Source: Heteronotia binoei
Taxonomy: Eukaryota
Length of the DNA: 64,000 bases
Direction: 5' to 3'
Assembly (NCBI RefSeq): GCF_032191835.1
Contig: NC_083224.1
Span: forward strand, 75,206,001-75,270,000
Both the position numbers and the translations under genes were made by a program. Of this stretch, positions 13,570-26,105 are shown in pieces (the stretch's first letter is position 1; each line of letters opens with the position of its first letter). The notes below the pieces were generated by a model. The model was not told the DNA's origin, searched no databases, and was given only the letters and a program-made list of their open reading frames with translations.

Positions 13570-14832
13570 AGGCACCCTTCCTTGACTTTTTTCCACTTCC
13601 CAGCTCTTCCCCTTCCATGACATCCCTCCCCCCTTCCCCCAAGCCTTGCTGGCCACCCTTTGTCTCTCTTTGGGACTTTAACTTTGATACTGGATTCTCA
13701 TTATTTTCAATGGGAATTTTATGTGGTTTATATTTCAAGCCAAGTTTGTACAGGAAAAAGTAGTTTTAAGGGCAAAACAAAAAAGTGTAAAGAGAATCAC
13801 CAAGTGCAATTTCATAATGTCTAAACTAATAGAATATAACAGAAAATGGATCAGCAATTCAGATTTTAAAGAAACCCCACTTCCTCATTCTGCATCCACA
13901 TGGGACACTAAATGTAAAGGGCCACCTGTTTGTCTATTTTTTAAAAATGTTTCAGATACAATTCAGGTTTATTTTGTTATTAAACTGAGGGCAAGAGTTC
14001 TTCACCTAACTGTTCTGAAACTGATTAAATGGTTTGTGGTTATTACATACTTATTGCATATCCACTTCCTGCTTGTCTGCACTAATAGTGTTCTCTCTGA
14101 TTTGGCCACAAGCCTTTGACCATCATGCAAATAGCAAATATGGAGTTTGTTGCAGTGTATTACATCTTTCCCTTTGCTGATGAATGAGATCTTTAATGGA
14201 CATTAAGTTACCCTGCAATATGTCTTCCTACCACCAACCATTCCAAATATGCTAGTAAGACCTTGAAAGCTGAGCTCTAGAATACTTGTTTATCCAAAGT
14301 TCAGCTCGTTAGTACTGGCCATTGTTCATGCTGATCATAGGTTCACCAATCAAGATACTGCCATTTTATATATTATCTTGTTGTAGCCTCCTGAAAAGTC
14401 TGAGTTATTTTTCCATGGCATCATGCCATTTCTCACTGAAAAACATTAAACTCTATTAAACATAAGCTGCCAACTGGCCATCTCCATTCTCAAAGGTTAG
14501 ATTTTCACTTTTTTACACAGCAAATTATGTACTCTGGATGCTTACTCATCTTTTGGCTTTTTAAAACATGAGTCTCATTGACCACACTGTGTATGAGCCA
14601 TATGACCTGCAAAGCTATGAACTAATTGGAATCCAGAACACTCTTGGTATCATGGATGCCTGGTACTAAGAAGTCTAATATTTTTGTGTGTGTGGTAAGC
14701 CATGCTTGTACACTCTGAACGGAGAGTGCTTTGCATCTACCAACAGTTAGGGAACTTGATACAAGATTATTGGGTGGATATACAACTCCATACATTGGAT
14801 CTCTGGCTTTGCTCTGAGTAGTATCTATCATT

Positions 14833-14928
14833 CAGGGGTGGCCAATGGTAGCTCTCCAGATGTTTTATGCATGGCTGATGGGAGTTGTAGGCAAAAAACA
14901 TCTGGAGAGCTACCGTTGGCCATCCCTG
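14833..14928. mobile_element. hAT-type MITE (palindromic, internally deleted) downstream of the SLC41A1 stop
   Basis: 34-nt terminal inverted repeats CAGGGGTGGCCAATGGTAGCTCTCCAGATGTTTT; same family as 57647-57785. Confidence 0.85.
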
Positions 14929-17029
14929 TATCATATTATTCCTAGTATACCATAAGGCAGTTGTTTTTGTAGTAAAGACCTTCATACACATTCATGGTTG
15001 AAAGCTCTTCACATGTGAGCTAAGGATTTGTATAGAAGGTTACATCAACCTTGTGTGTCTGTAACTACAGTGTTCTGTTAAATATACGTGCCTGCTCTTC
15101 TGAGCTGTTATTCCCTAAATACTGACATGTACTGACAGTGTTTCTTGCCTTTGCATTGTGCCATCTTTCAATTTTTGACACTAAGGTGTTATAGCAGGTC
15201 TTACTTTAGATTTCCTATAGTATTTCATCTATTTTATGTCTATAGAGGTACATTTCACTGGCCAAAAACTGACACAATGCTTTATTGGGGAATGTCATTT
15301 AAGTCTCATATCCTAAGAAAGTCTGAATATTGGGAATCTAGATTAAACACTTCAGATGTTTTGTTCACTGTATTCTTCAGCAAGTGGCCTACCACCAAGG
15401 CAACCATAATTTGGAGAACGAATCACGCAGATCTACTTGCATTAGCAGGAAATTACTTTTTTTAAAGTGCAACTAGCTTATTGAATGTTGATCTGTAGAG
15501 TGACTCCTATTCTCTGTGCTGGTTGTGCGCATGGAACAGTTGTATGTGCAGTTCAATACACATTTATATAAACAGCCTAAATAACTTTGCTTGCATGAAA
15601 TGTATGAAAGGGAATCTTTTTCATTTACCACATTAATAAAGGGTTCTTCAGAACAGTGTCCTTGTAGACAGGAAGTCTTGTGCTGGATATTCAGTATTAG
15701 ATTAAATTGTGTAAATCTAAAGTTGCTGGAATTTTAATTGGCTGTAAGTCATGCCTGTCTTTTGTCAGGCTTACTGTATTTCGCAGCTGCACAATTAGTT
15801 CCCCTTTCCTACTTTTGCATGAACAGCGACATATTACTTTATTGTGTATGTGGTTCTTTCCCAAATAAAGGTGAAGGCTGGTGATTATATTTGAATCAAG
15901 AATTGCAGGTCTCTGAAAGCCAAGATCCCAAAATTGATTGGCAACTCTGAACAGGCTATGCTACAATTTTATATTAATTGGATATTGCTTTTAGAAGGTT
16001 GGCTGTCCCTGACTTGATCAATAAGGACACTGTTGCCAGCAGCAAGTACCCTGGTTCAGCCTCAGTACCAGATGGATCACAAAATGGATTTCCCATTCAT
16101 TATGGATTTAGGATTCAAGCCTTTGGCAGTACTGCTCAAATTCTGAAGGCATGATCAAAACAGTAGCACAGTTGGTACTTAAGTAACATTGTAATGGCTC
16201 AGTTGGACCACTGTGGCTGTAATGCTTAAAGTGGGATTACTTCAGAATATTCCTAGTGCTGTAGACCTTTTTTACTGTGGTCTGTGCACTGCAATTTTTG
16301 CTTAATATGCCCTGAAAAGGAAATCTGTGGGACCACTATGCTGAGGTGTCTGTAGGGCAATCCTTCCATTGCAAGATGATACCAGCAATATGGATGACAA
16401 TGTCAGGGTTGCCTTACTTCTGACACTGACTGCTGAAATTTAATCCTCAAAAGTAGCTGAAGAGCTCTTTGGAAATATTAGGTTTTGGTCTAGAATGGAT
16501 CTTCACAAAGTAACTTACAGCATTCTCTCTGAATTCATGAGGGCCTGAGACGTTCATCCTGTTGCCTTCTGGACTTCTAAAATGAGCTTTGTCTCACCAG
16601 CTTGTGCTGGATGCATCTTAAATCTTGACCTGACACACAAGCTCATGGTGTCTAACTGAATTTCATGTAAGTGTTTTGTCACATTATTGTTTTTCCCCTA
16701 GTTAACATCTGTATATCTCATGAAAGTGTTTAACTCTCCTAGTATTGGTCACAATTTAGCCCAAGGTTCAGAAGCTGAGTGCTTGGGTGATATCCCTGGT
16801 TTTTTTTGTCTGCAGTGGGGCTGAAGGTGGGGTAAGAATGGGGTGTTTAAATGAATTTCCTGTAGAATAATTTTATTCTCACCAGTTGCACTCAAATGCA
16901 TGTATATTTAGATCTGGCTGAAAATGAAAATGATTGGTTTACACCTCTATTAAGAGAATTCTTAATTATTTATAGTTGCTGTAACTAAATTGACAAATGC
17001 CAACTTAACTGATAAATTATATTTGGTAA

Positions 17030-17035
17030 AATAAA
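17030..17035 (+). terminator. Candidate SLC41A1 poly(A) signal (alternatives at 15635 and 15864)
   Basis: AATAAA followed by a U/GU-rich tract (ggcttttggttcactttattttctttg). It would give a 3' UTR of about 3.5 kb. No transcript evidence. Confidence 0.3.
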
Positions 17036-17494
17036 GATTACATTTATTTATAAGGCTTTTGGTTCACTTTATTTTCTTTGCGATATCAGTGGCCTACAGG
17101 TGAAGATTTTGCTGATAAGTTCCAATCAGTATTTTAGACTTTGTCCCATTCCTACTGCTTCCCCCCTCTGGGTCTGTCCAAACTTCTTGTGTGCCACAGT
17201 CTAATGATGCCAACTCCACCATACCACTCCTGTTTCTGAAAAACATTTCCCATGAGCCCTTCATTTTCTTACAGTCAGTATTGCCTATGTCCCTTAATTC
17301 CATATGCTTCCCCTGATTCTCAGGGTAAAGGACATATATAGTGAGTGTCTGTGTATGTGTTTTTTAAAGAAGTCCCAATTGTTTAAAAAAAAGTGTGCCC
17401 CATTACAGTGGCTCATCTGAATAAAAGTCGTAGAATCTCTACAGTACTAGGGTTGAAGTGTGCATTGTTCTTACCAATGTGCCCCTTCATTCCC

Positions 17495-17730
17495 TGTATA
17501 GTTAGATATGGGGACTGAGCTGACTTGTTGATTCTCTTGGACATGTCAGTGGCTTTTTGTGACTACTCATGCTTCCCTTCGGAACATCCATCTGAACTGG
17601 GAACTGAGGAGTACCACACACTAGTGGTTCTTCTACCTTAAGGATAGGTTCCAGAAGGTGGTGCTAGAGGCCTTTATCCACTACCAATGATGGTACTTAA
17701 CATCAACATCTACATGAAACTACTGACCAC
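17495..17730 (+). mobile_element. L2 LINE RT fragment, degenerate
   Basis: Translates to LILLDMSVAF, DRFQKVVL and NIYMKLL, matching L2 RT motifs (LILLDLSAAF; FNIYMKPL). Confidence 0.65.
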
Positions 17731-17860
17731 CTCATTATCCTGGGATATGGGATTATTCCGTGTGCTGAAGATGCCACTATTTCTCCTTTTCATTGGTGTC
17801 TGCCGGAGCAGGGAAAGTCCTGTGTAGTTGTCTGGAGTTGGTTGAGTGAGGATTATTAAT

Positions 17861-18100
17861 GAAGAAGATATTGGATTTATATCCCGCCTCATACTCTCAA
17901 TCTCAGAGTCTCAGAGCGGTCACAGTCTCCTTTACCTCCCCCCCCCACACACACACACACAACAGACACCCGGTGAGGTAGGTGGGGCTAAGAGAGCTCC
18001 TACAGCAGCTGCTCTTTCAAGGACAACTATGAAAGCTATAGCTGACCCAAGGCCATTCCAGCAGGTGCAAGTGAGGGAGTGGGGAGGATCTGGAATAATG
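17861..18100 (-). mobile_element. Squam3-like tRNA-derived SINE
   Basis: Reverse complement of the SINE at 41541-41767 (gaagaagatattggatttatatccc...gtgaggtaggtggggct...). Confidence 0.7.
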
Positions 18101-18260
18101 GAACTACTGCTTGTGTGGGCCTTGTTAAACTTTATATTTTTGCAGCCTATTCTAGATAGGGGACACTCATTTTAGAGAATTTGCTGACCAGTCTCATGGG
18201 ACCATGATCGAAGTTTCCTCAATAGAACAAAGGGCACTCACTCCATAGGTCCATTTTGAG

Positions 18261-18562
18261 GAAAGGAAAGGTCCCCTGTGCAAGCAGCAGTCGTTTCCAA
18301 CTCTGGGGTGACATTGCTTTCACGACGTTTTCACAGCAGACTTTTTACGGGGTGGTTTGCCATTGCTTTCCCCAGTCTTTTGCACTCCCCCACCCCAGCA
18401 AGCTGGATACTCATTTTACTGACTTCGGAAGGATGGAAGGCTGAGTCAACCTTGGGCCGGCTACCTGAATCCAGCTTCCACTGAAATCGAACTCAGGTCA
18501 TGAGCAGAGAATTCAGACCACAGTACTGCAGTGCTGCTGCTTTACTACTCTGCACCACGGGG
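18261..18562 (-). mobile_element. Sauria SINE
   Basis: (AAAGG)n tail end and gtcccctgtgcaagc...ggctgagtcaaccttg body; CCATTTT flanks both ends (18251 and 18563). Confidence 0.85.
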
Positions 18563-19592
18563 CCATTTTAGAGTGGGGGAAATGGCAGGGGGAAGGCTTG
18601 AAACATAAACCCTCATACCACTGTCTTGATCTGAATTTGGCTCCTATGTGCCTGGCATGTAATTAAAAAGTATCACTGTACATAGGACTCAACACAGAGT
18701 GAAGAGTTGCCAAATGCACTAACTTCTGTACCAAGTCTCACATACTTCTGGCTTGTTTCCAGGAGCAATTTGGAGTGTTTGATAAAGTTCTTAAACAGTT
18801 TGGGCTAAGAGTTTACTCTTGTAGGTACTAGAAAAGCACCTGAGTCTGCTTCCCTTGCCTTCTTGACAAGACATGCTCATTCAGAGCTTCAGTCCCAGGC
18901 AGGTGCAAGTCCCATTGGGACTGTGGAAAGAGGCTTCCTGGGGTTCTCCACAGTTCTGTTTTCCAGGCCTGAAATGGCCTCAGGAAGTTGTTATTTGCCC
19001 TACTGGAGAACCTTGACACCTATTGGCACTGGCACATGTAAGTTTCCCCAACGGAGCAAACAGTGACTCCAGGAACTGTTTCAGGTCAGGCAAGTGGCAC
19101 TGGAGAAGACAGGACCAAAGACTTCATAATATGTAATTAAGCATGCTCAAAGGTCCTTCTCTATGTTCCCCTGCTGCTTGAAGTGAGCTTGGTGATGACC
19201 AAGAAGAGGCTGTGTCTTTGGAATACTCTTCCCTAGGACCTTTGCCTGATGTCCTCCTTACATCCTTATTTCAATAAATGGCTGGCTGATGTGTTTAGTT
19301 CTTTGCTTGGCTTGGATTGCTGCAGCTGGCTGGCTTGCTTTTTAAAAGAAGTCTGGTTTATATAAGGTTTTTAAGAACAGATGCCACAATAGGCTTAGAC
19401 TCAAAGTCCTAATATTCTGGTCTTAGAAATCAATGGGCCATTTTTTTGTCAGCATAATGTGCAATCAAGCAAAATAGTTCTTACCCAAAATCTGCTCATG
19501 GATTTCTCCTTATTCATTTTCTTATAACAGTTCATATAATTTCTTCCCACCCCTCATGAATCTGTTAAATACCAGGGCTGGAGTTTGAGAAC

Positions 19593-21954
19593 TCCGGGAT
19601 TTGGTCCTAAGTAATGCCCAAGACTTGGTGAGAGATGTAAAAGTGATTGCGCCACTTGGGAGCAGTGACCATAATGTTATTGATTTCACCGTTTGTATAA
19701 ATAGGGAGCTGTCCAAAAAGACCGCCACAACCACGTTTAACTTTAAAAGGGGTAAATACACTGAGATGAGGAGGCATGTGAGGAGGAAACTGAAAGGAAA
19801 GGTACATACGGTCAAAACCCTTGGGGAAGCTTGGACGCTATTTAAAACTATAATCCTAGAAGCTCAGATAAAATACATACCACAAGTTAGGAAAGGCACA
19901 AACAGGCATAAGAAAAGGCCTGCATGGTTAACAAACAAAGTAATGGAAGCTGTAAAAGGTAAGAAGGACTCCTTTAAGCGGTGGAAAACCAGTCCAAGTG
20001 AGATTAGTAAAAGGGAACACAGTCTGTGGCAAATCAAATGCAAGACTGTGATCAGGCAGGCAAAAAGGGACTATGAGGAGCATATTGCAAAAAACATAAA
20101 GACCAACAATAAAACTTTCTTCAAATATATTAGAAGTAGGAAACCAGCCAGGGAGGCAGTGGGGCCCTTGGATGACCATGGGGTAAAAGGATTACTGAAG
20201 GAGGATAGGGAAATGGCTGAGAAGCTAAATGAATTTTTTGAGTCCGTCTTCACTGTGGAAGACGAGAACTTTTTGCCCGCCCCAGAACCACTAATTTTGG
20301 AAGGGGTGTTGAAAGACCTGAGTCAGATTGAGGTGACAAAAGAGGAGGTCCTACAACTGATAGACAAATTAAAAACTAATAAGTCACCGGGTCCGGATGG
20401 CATACATCCGAGAGTTCTGAAAGAACTCAAAGTTGAACTTGTGGATCTTCTAACAAAAATCTGTAATCTTTCATTGAAATCTGCCTCCGTTCCTGAGGAC
20501 TGGAAGGTAGCAAATGTCACCCCCATCTTTAAAAAGGGTTCCAGAGGAGATCCGGGAAATTACAGGCCAGTCAGTCTGACTTCAATACCGGGAAAGTTGG
20601 TAGAAACCATTATCAAGGACAGAATGAGTAGGCACATTGATGAACACGGGTTATTGAGGAAGACTCAGCATGGGTTCTGCAAGGGAAGATCTTGCCTCAC
20701 TAACCTGTTACATTTCTTTGAGGGGGTGAACAAACATGTGGACAAAGGAGACTCGATAGATGTTGTTTACCTTGACTTCCAGAAAGCTTTTGATAAAGTT
20801 CCTCATCAAAGGCTCCTTAGAAAGCTTGAGAGTCATGGAGTAAAGGGACAGGTCCTCTTGTGGATCAAAAACTGGCTGAGTAATAGGAAGCAGAAAGTGA
20901 GTATAAATGGGCAGTCTTCGCAGTGGAGGACGGTAAGCAGTGGGGTGCCGCAGGGCTCGGTACTGGGTCCCATGCTCTTTAACTTGTTCATAAATGATTT
21001 AGAGTTGGGAGTGAGCAGTGAAGTGGCCAAGTTTGCGGATGACACTAAACTGTTCAGGGTGGTGAGAACCAGAGAGGACTGTGAGGAACTCCAAAGGGAT
21101 CTGTTGAGGCTGGGTGAGTGGGCGTCAACGTGGCAGATGCGGTTCAATGTGGCCAAGTGCAAAGTAATGCACATTGGGGCCAAGAATCCCAGCTACAAAT
21201 ACAAGTTGATGGGGTGTGAACTGGCAGAGACGGACCAAGAGAGAGATCTTGGGGTCGTGGTAGATAACTCACTGAAAATGTCAAGACAGTGTGCGTTTGC
21301 AATAAAAAAGGCCAACGCCATGCTGGGAATTATTAGGAAGGGAATTGAAAACAAATCAGCCAGTATCATAATGCCCCTGTATAAATCGATGGTGCGGTCT
21401 CATTTGGAGTACTGTGTGCAGTTCTGGTTGCCGCACCTCAAAAAGGATATTATAGCATTGGAGAAAGTCCAGAGAAGGGCAACTAGAATGATTAAAGGGC
21501 TGGAGCACTTTCCCTATGAAGAAAGGTTGAAACGCTTGGGACTCTTTAGCTTGGAGAAACGTCGACTGCGGGGTGACATGATAGAGGTTTACAAGATAAT
21601 GCATGGGATGGAGAAAGTAGAGAAAGAAGTACTTTTCTCCCTTTCTCACAATACAAGAACTCGTGGGCATTCGATGAAATTGCTGAGCAGACAGGTTAAA
21701 ACGGATAAAAGGAAGTACTTCTTCACCCAAAGAGTGATTAACATGTGGAATTCACTGCCACAGGAGGTGGTGGCGGCCACAAGTATAGCCACCTTCAAGA
21801 GGGGTTTAGATAAAAATATGGAGCAGAGGTCCATCAATGGCTATTAGCCACAGTCTATGTGTGTATATAAAATTTTTGGTCACTGTGTGACACAGAGTGT
21901 TGGACTGGATGGGCCGTTGGCCTGATCCAACATGGCTTCTCTTATGTTCTTATG
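19593..21954 (+). mobile_element. CR1 LINE, 5'-truncated, with an uninterrupted partial ORF2 (19601-21847: end of EN, complete RT, C-terminus)
   Basis: 748 open codons containing NYRPVSLTS, YLDFQKAFDKV, GVPQGSVLGP and KFADD; 3' UTR and (TTCTTATG)2 tail; TGAGAAC at 19586-19592 and 21953-21959 is a probable TSD. Confidence 0.97.
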
Positions 21955-22083
21955 AGAACACACTTCAAATTTCTTTCACAACATTTTCCAGTCCAGAGTT
22001 CCTCCCCAGCAAAATTCTTCCAAAATCATGTCCCATGAGTTGTATTGAAAACAGTCAGAAAATTTTTCCAGGATTTTAGAAGT

Positions 22084-23101
22084 CTCTCTCTCTCGGCTTG
22101 GCTTCGCGAACGAAGATCTAAGAAGGGTGCAATAGTCCACGTCCGCTGCAGGCTCGCTGGTGGCTGACAAGACCAACGCGGGACAGGCAGGTCCGGCCAC
22201 AGTGGCCGCAGGGAAAAGTCTGATTTAGGGTTGGTGCTGTAGCAGTGCGATTCTTCCTCAATCTCCTTTTGTCCTCAAGACCAGCTATGCGTGCGTTCTC
22301 AAAGGAAGAGACAGCCTGGTGGATGGTGTGCCTCCATGCTTTGCGATCTGAGGCTAGGTCAGACCACTGGTGATGGTTGATGCGACAGGTGCCAAGGGAT
22401 TTCTTCAAGGAGTCCTTGTACCTCTTCTTTGGTGCCCCTCTATTTCGATGGCCGGTGGAGAGTTCGCCATACAGGGCAATCTTGGGAAGGCGGTGGTTTT
22501 CCATCCTAGAAATATGCCCTGCCCACCGCAGCTGCGTCTTCAGCAGCAGTGCCTCGATGCTGGTAACCTCCGCCCGCTTGAGGACTTCAGTGTTGGTCAC
22601 AAAGTCACTCCAGTGGATGTTGAGGATGGTGCGAAGGCAGCGCTGATGAAAGCGCTCGAGGAGTCGCAGGTGATGATGGTATAAAACCCAAGATTCGGAG
22701 CCGTAGATGAGGGTTGTCATCACAATCGCTTTGTAAACATTGATCTTTGTGCCTTTTTTCAGATGCTTGTTGCTCCACACTCTTTTGTGCAGTCGGCCAA
22801 ATGCATGGTTTGCCTTTGCCAGCCTGTTGTCAATCTCCTTGTCGATCTTGGCATCTGAGGAGATGATGCACCCCAGGTAGCTGAACTGCTGGACTGTCTT
22901 CAGAACTGATTCACCCACAGTGATGCAGGGAGGGTGATAATCTTCCTGGGGTGCAGGCTGGTGGAGAACTTCTGTCTTCTTCAGACTAACTTCTAGGCCG
23001 AATAGCTTGGCAGCCTCTGCAAAGCAGGACGTCATATGCTGCAGAGCTGATACCGAGTGGGAGACGAGTGCAGCATCATCAGCAAACAGTAGCTCTCGGA
23101 T
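22084..23101 (-). mobile_element. RTE-clade LINE, 5'-truncated, with a 12-bp TSD
   Basis: Open frame from RELLFADDAALV through the C-terminal CGHCGRTC...HQRAC finger to the stop at 22118; (GA)n tail; GATTTTAGAAGT at 22072-22083 and 23102-23113. Confidence 0.95.
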
Positions 23102-23797
23102 GATTTTAGAAGTATTACCTTGAATATACTTAAGGTGAATTTGCAATAAATAACTAAATAAAATAAAGGTAGTACCTTCTAACGTTATTACTTGAACATC
23201 ATCACAGGGCAAAATGTTGTTTTCTTTTCCTCCCATACCCTGGGATTTGTGCCTTTGGAATGCATATGTGGTACATTTTATTATAACAAGTCACAGTTGG
23301 AATCTGGCCAAAAATATTGATGCTCCTGAGGAATAGCTGCATATGGGGTCCTCCCAGAAATGGCGCTCCTGCCCACTTACTGTATACCTGGATGTTTTAG
23401 TATCACTAGTTGTAAACAGGTACAAAAGATAAACCTAGAATATTAAACAATTTTCATCTTCTCAGAGAGGAGCTGTGTTAGCCAGTTGCAGCAAAAAATA
23501 AGAGATCAAGAATGTCCTGAAAGACTAAAATGGCTGCTGCTGTTTTTTTGCATACTGTAGTTTCTAATGGCAATTTGTGTTTATTTCTGTGTAGAGTTCA
23601 GAAGGGCATTATTAACACATGATGGTATATGTCGTGTTGAAGGACAAATCCAAGATGATACAACTGATGCTATTAGGTCCCTTACTAAGGCATGCCAGTC
23701 TCCAGGTAGGGACTGGAGAATCTCCCAGAATCACAGCTTGACTCCAGACTAGAGATCAATTCCCTTGGAGAAAATGGAAGCTTTGGAGGGTTGACTC

Positions 23798-24571
23798 CAG
23801 GGCCGTAGCCAGGATTTCATGTTTGGTGGAGCCCACAGCAACATTGTTTGTTTGGTGGGGGGGGGGGGGCAGGGGGCCACCCAGTTTGGCCCTAAAAACT
23901 TTCTCTGCTTCACAAGTAAAGTGACAGCATCGCTCCCTGTTTGTCTAACTCAGTAAACCTTCTAGGGAGATCCAGCTGCAAGTAAGCTTCTCTTCCCTCC
24001 CCCTCTCACCAATCTGAAGCTCCTCCCTGCTGTTCTCTCTGGCCCTGCAAAAGTGAAGCTTCCTTCCAGCCCTCCCAGAAGGAACTGCCCCCCTTGGATT
24101 CCAAGGGACCACTGCCTATGGCCGCCAAGGATCCAGCTAGCAGGGGCTTGTTTCTGCTCCAAGGAAGGCTTCCTCCCTTGACACCCCAGTGCTTGGAGGG
24201 TCTCTCTCTTTCCCGGTGCTCTTCTGTGCCAGCATGGCAAGGTGATCCCAGGAGTGAGTCCCATCCCTGGGGCATGAGCGCTGGGAAGGGCCAGCCACTG
24301 CAGCAGCCACAGGGGGCTGGTCGGAGCATGTCTGGTGCACAAGATAGCCAGTGAGCAGTTTGGTTGAGCAGGTGGCAAGCAGCGGCGCTTGCACACTGCT
24401 CGGAGGCAGCAATGCTACAGTAGCAGTGCTGTACTTGTCAGAGCAGCAGTGAGTGGCAGTGAGCAAAGGGGGCAGATTGGAGGCCCTCCAGTGATGGTAG
24501 CATATAGATGAAAGGGGGGCTTGAATTGAGTGGTCTGGCCCCCCTTGGGCCTCACTGTAGTTACGGGCCTG
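23798..24571. mobile_element. Non-autonomous hAT element nested in another MITE
   Basis: Termini CAGGGCCGTAGC...GTTACGGGCCTG; perfect 8-bp TSD GTTGACTC (23790-23797 and 24572-24579). Confidence 0.88.
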
Positions 24572-24715
24572 GTTGACTCTATGCCATTTTACTCCACTGA
24601 AGTCCCACGCTCAGCCCCCAAATCTCCAGGAGTTTCCCAACATTGAGAGTCAATTCAGTGTAGTGATTAAGGTTTGATTCCCCATTCCTCCACTTGAAAC
24701 CAGCTGGGTGAACTT

Positions 24716-24945
24716 GGGTTCCCCTGTGCAAGCACCAATCGTTTCCAACTCTGGGGTGATGTTGCTTTCACAACATTTTCATGGCAAACTTTTTTCGAGG
24801 TGATTTGCCATTGCCTTCCCCAGTCATTTACACTCCCCCCCCCCAGCACACTGGGTACTCATTTTACTGACCTCAGAAGGATGGAAGGCTGAGTCAACCT
24901 TGAGCTGGCTACCAGAACCCAGCTTCTGCCAGGATTGGACTCAGG
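24716..24945 (-). mobile_element. Sauria SINE (partial), directly following a Squam3-like SINE head
   Basis: Same body as 18261-18562 (cccctgtgcaagcacc...ggctgagtcaaccttgag). Confidence 0.8.
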
Positions 24946-25473
24946 GTAACTTTAGCTCGCCACAAAAAAGTGAGAGCTTCTGGCTAGACAATTTGAGGAT
25001 CTCCTGGCTATACTACACACACAGCCATGTAGTACTAATTAATTAACTCACAACCTAAAGCTGGCAACCCTATGCCCCTGCAACCCTATGTCCTGCTTGG
25101 GGGAGGGTGGGGGGGAGGATGGTACAGCATCTTGGTTTGCTGGACATAGGACAAACAGGTCTGTCTGAATATAATACAATAAATAAAACACAGAACTTAT
25201 ATTAGAATCAGTCGCTGATCTAAACGTCATCATTTTTCAGCAAAATGTCTTCAAAGGAATAATTCAAAGTGAAAGCACTGAACTAAAATTCCCTGAGAGA
25301 TTTGACATCTCTTCAACCCACCCTCACTTAGGACTGAACAAAGTCTTAGTCTCTTGTATGTGTTAAGTGTCTCACCACTCCTCAGTCCCCACCCATTGTA
25401 AGGGTGAACTCTTAGCAAAACTGGTCAATAATCTCTGTGTGCTTTTGCTGATTTTATTTAAATTAGGTTTCAT

Positions 25474-26105
25474 TAGGCTTGCCAATCCCCAGGTCCCAGG
25501 CTGCTTCCTGCCCCCAGTCAGTTGGCTGGCGGGGGGAACCCCTGCCCCCAAAGTCATCATGTGACTTTCCCCCTCCGGAGGCTCCAGTCTCCAATGGGAA
25601 AGGCTTCCTCTTGGAATGGTGTGTCTGTGTTACTTGGAAGAAGTTGACTGAAGCTCGTGAGTAGAGAGGCCAATCCCTCACTTCAGAGTCGCCAGAAACG
25701 GGGCAGGGGGACGTCTGCTGAGCACTTCATTATTCCCTATGTGGGGATCGATTCTCATTGGGTATAATGGGGAATTGATCTGGAGTTTTCGGGGGCTCTG
25801 GGGGAGCTGTCTTTTGAGGTAGAGGCACCAAATTTTCAGTATAGTATCTAGTGCCTCTCCCCAAAGTACCCCCCCAAGTTTCAAAATGATTGGACCAGGG
25901 GGTCCAATTCTATGAGCCCCAAAAGAAGGTGCCCCTCTCCGTCATTATTTCCTATGGAAGGAAGACATTTAAAAATGTGATGGCCAGAACTCCCTTGGAG
26001 TTCAATTATGCTTGTCATACCCTTGTTCCTGGCTCCGCCCCCAATGTCTCCTGGCTCCACCCCCAAAGTCCCCAGATATTTCTTGAATTGGACTTGGCAA
26101 CCCTA
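25474..26105. mobile_element. hAT-type MITE with TAGGGTTGCCA termini
   Basis: TAGGCTTGCCAA...TTGGCAACCCTA; flanks GGTTTCAT and AGTTTCAT (7 of 8 match). Confidence 0.82.

Noticed and set aside
13721-14119. 132-aa ORF right after the SLC41A1 stop
   Set aside because: AT-rich 3' UTR sequence with no domain; starts at a non-ATG codon.
19607-21837. Antisense ORFs overlapping the CR1 ORF
   Set aside because: Shadow frames of RT coding sequence; the same peptides recur at other CR1 copies.
23102-23236. N-terminal extension (MGGKENN...) making the RTE ORF 372 aa
   Set aside because: It lies outside the TSD in AT-rich host DNA; a chance open frame, not part of the element.
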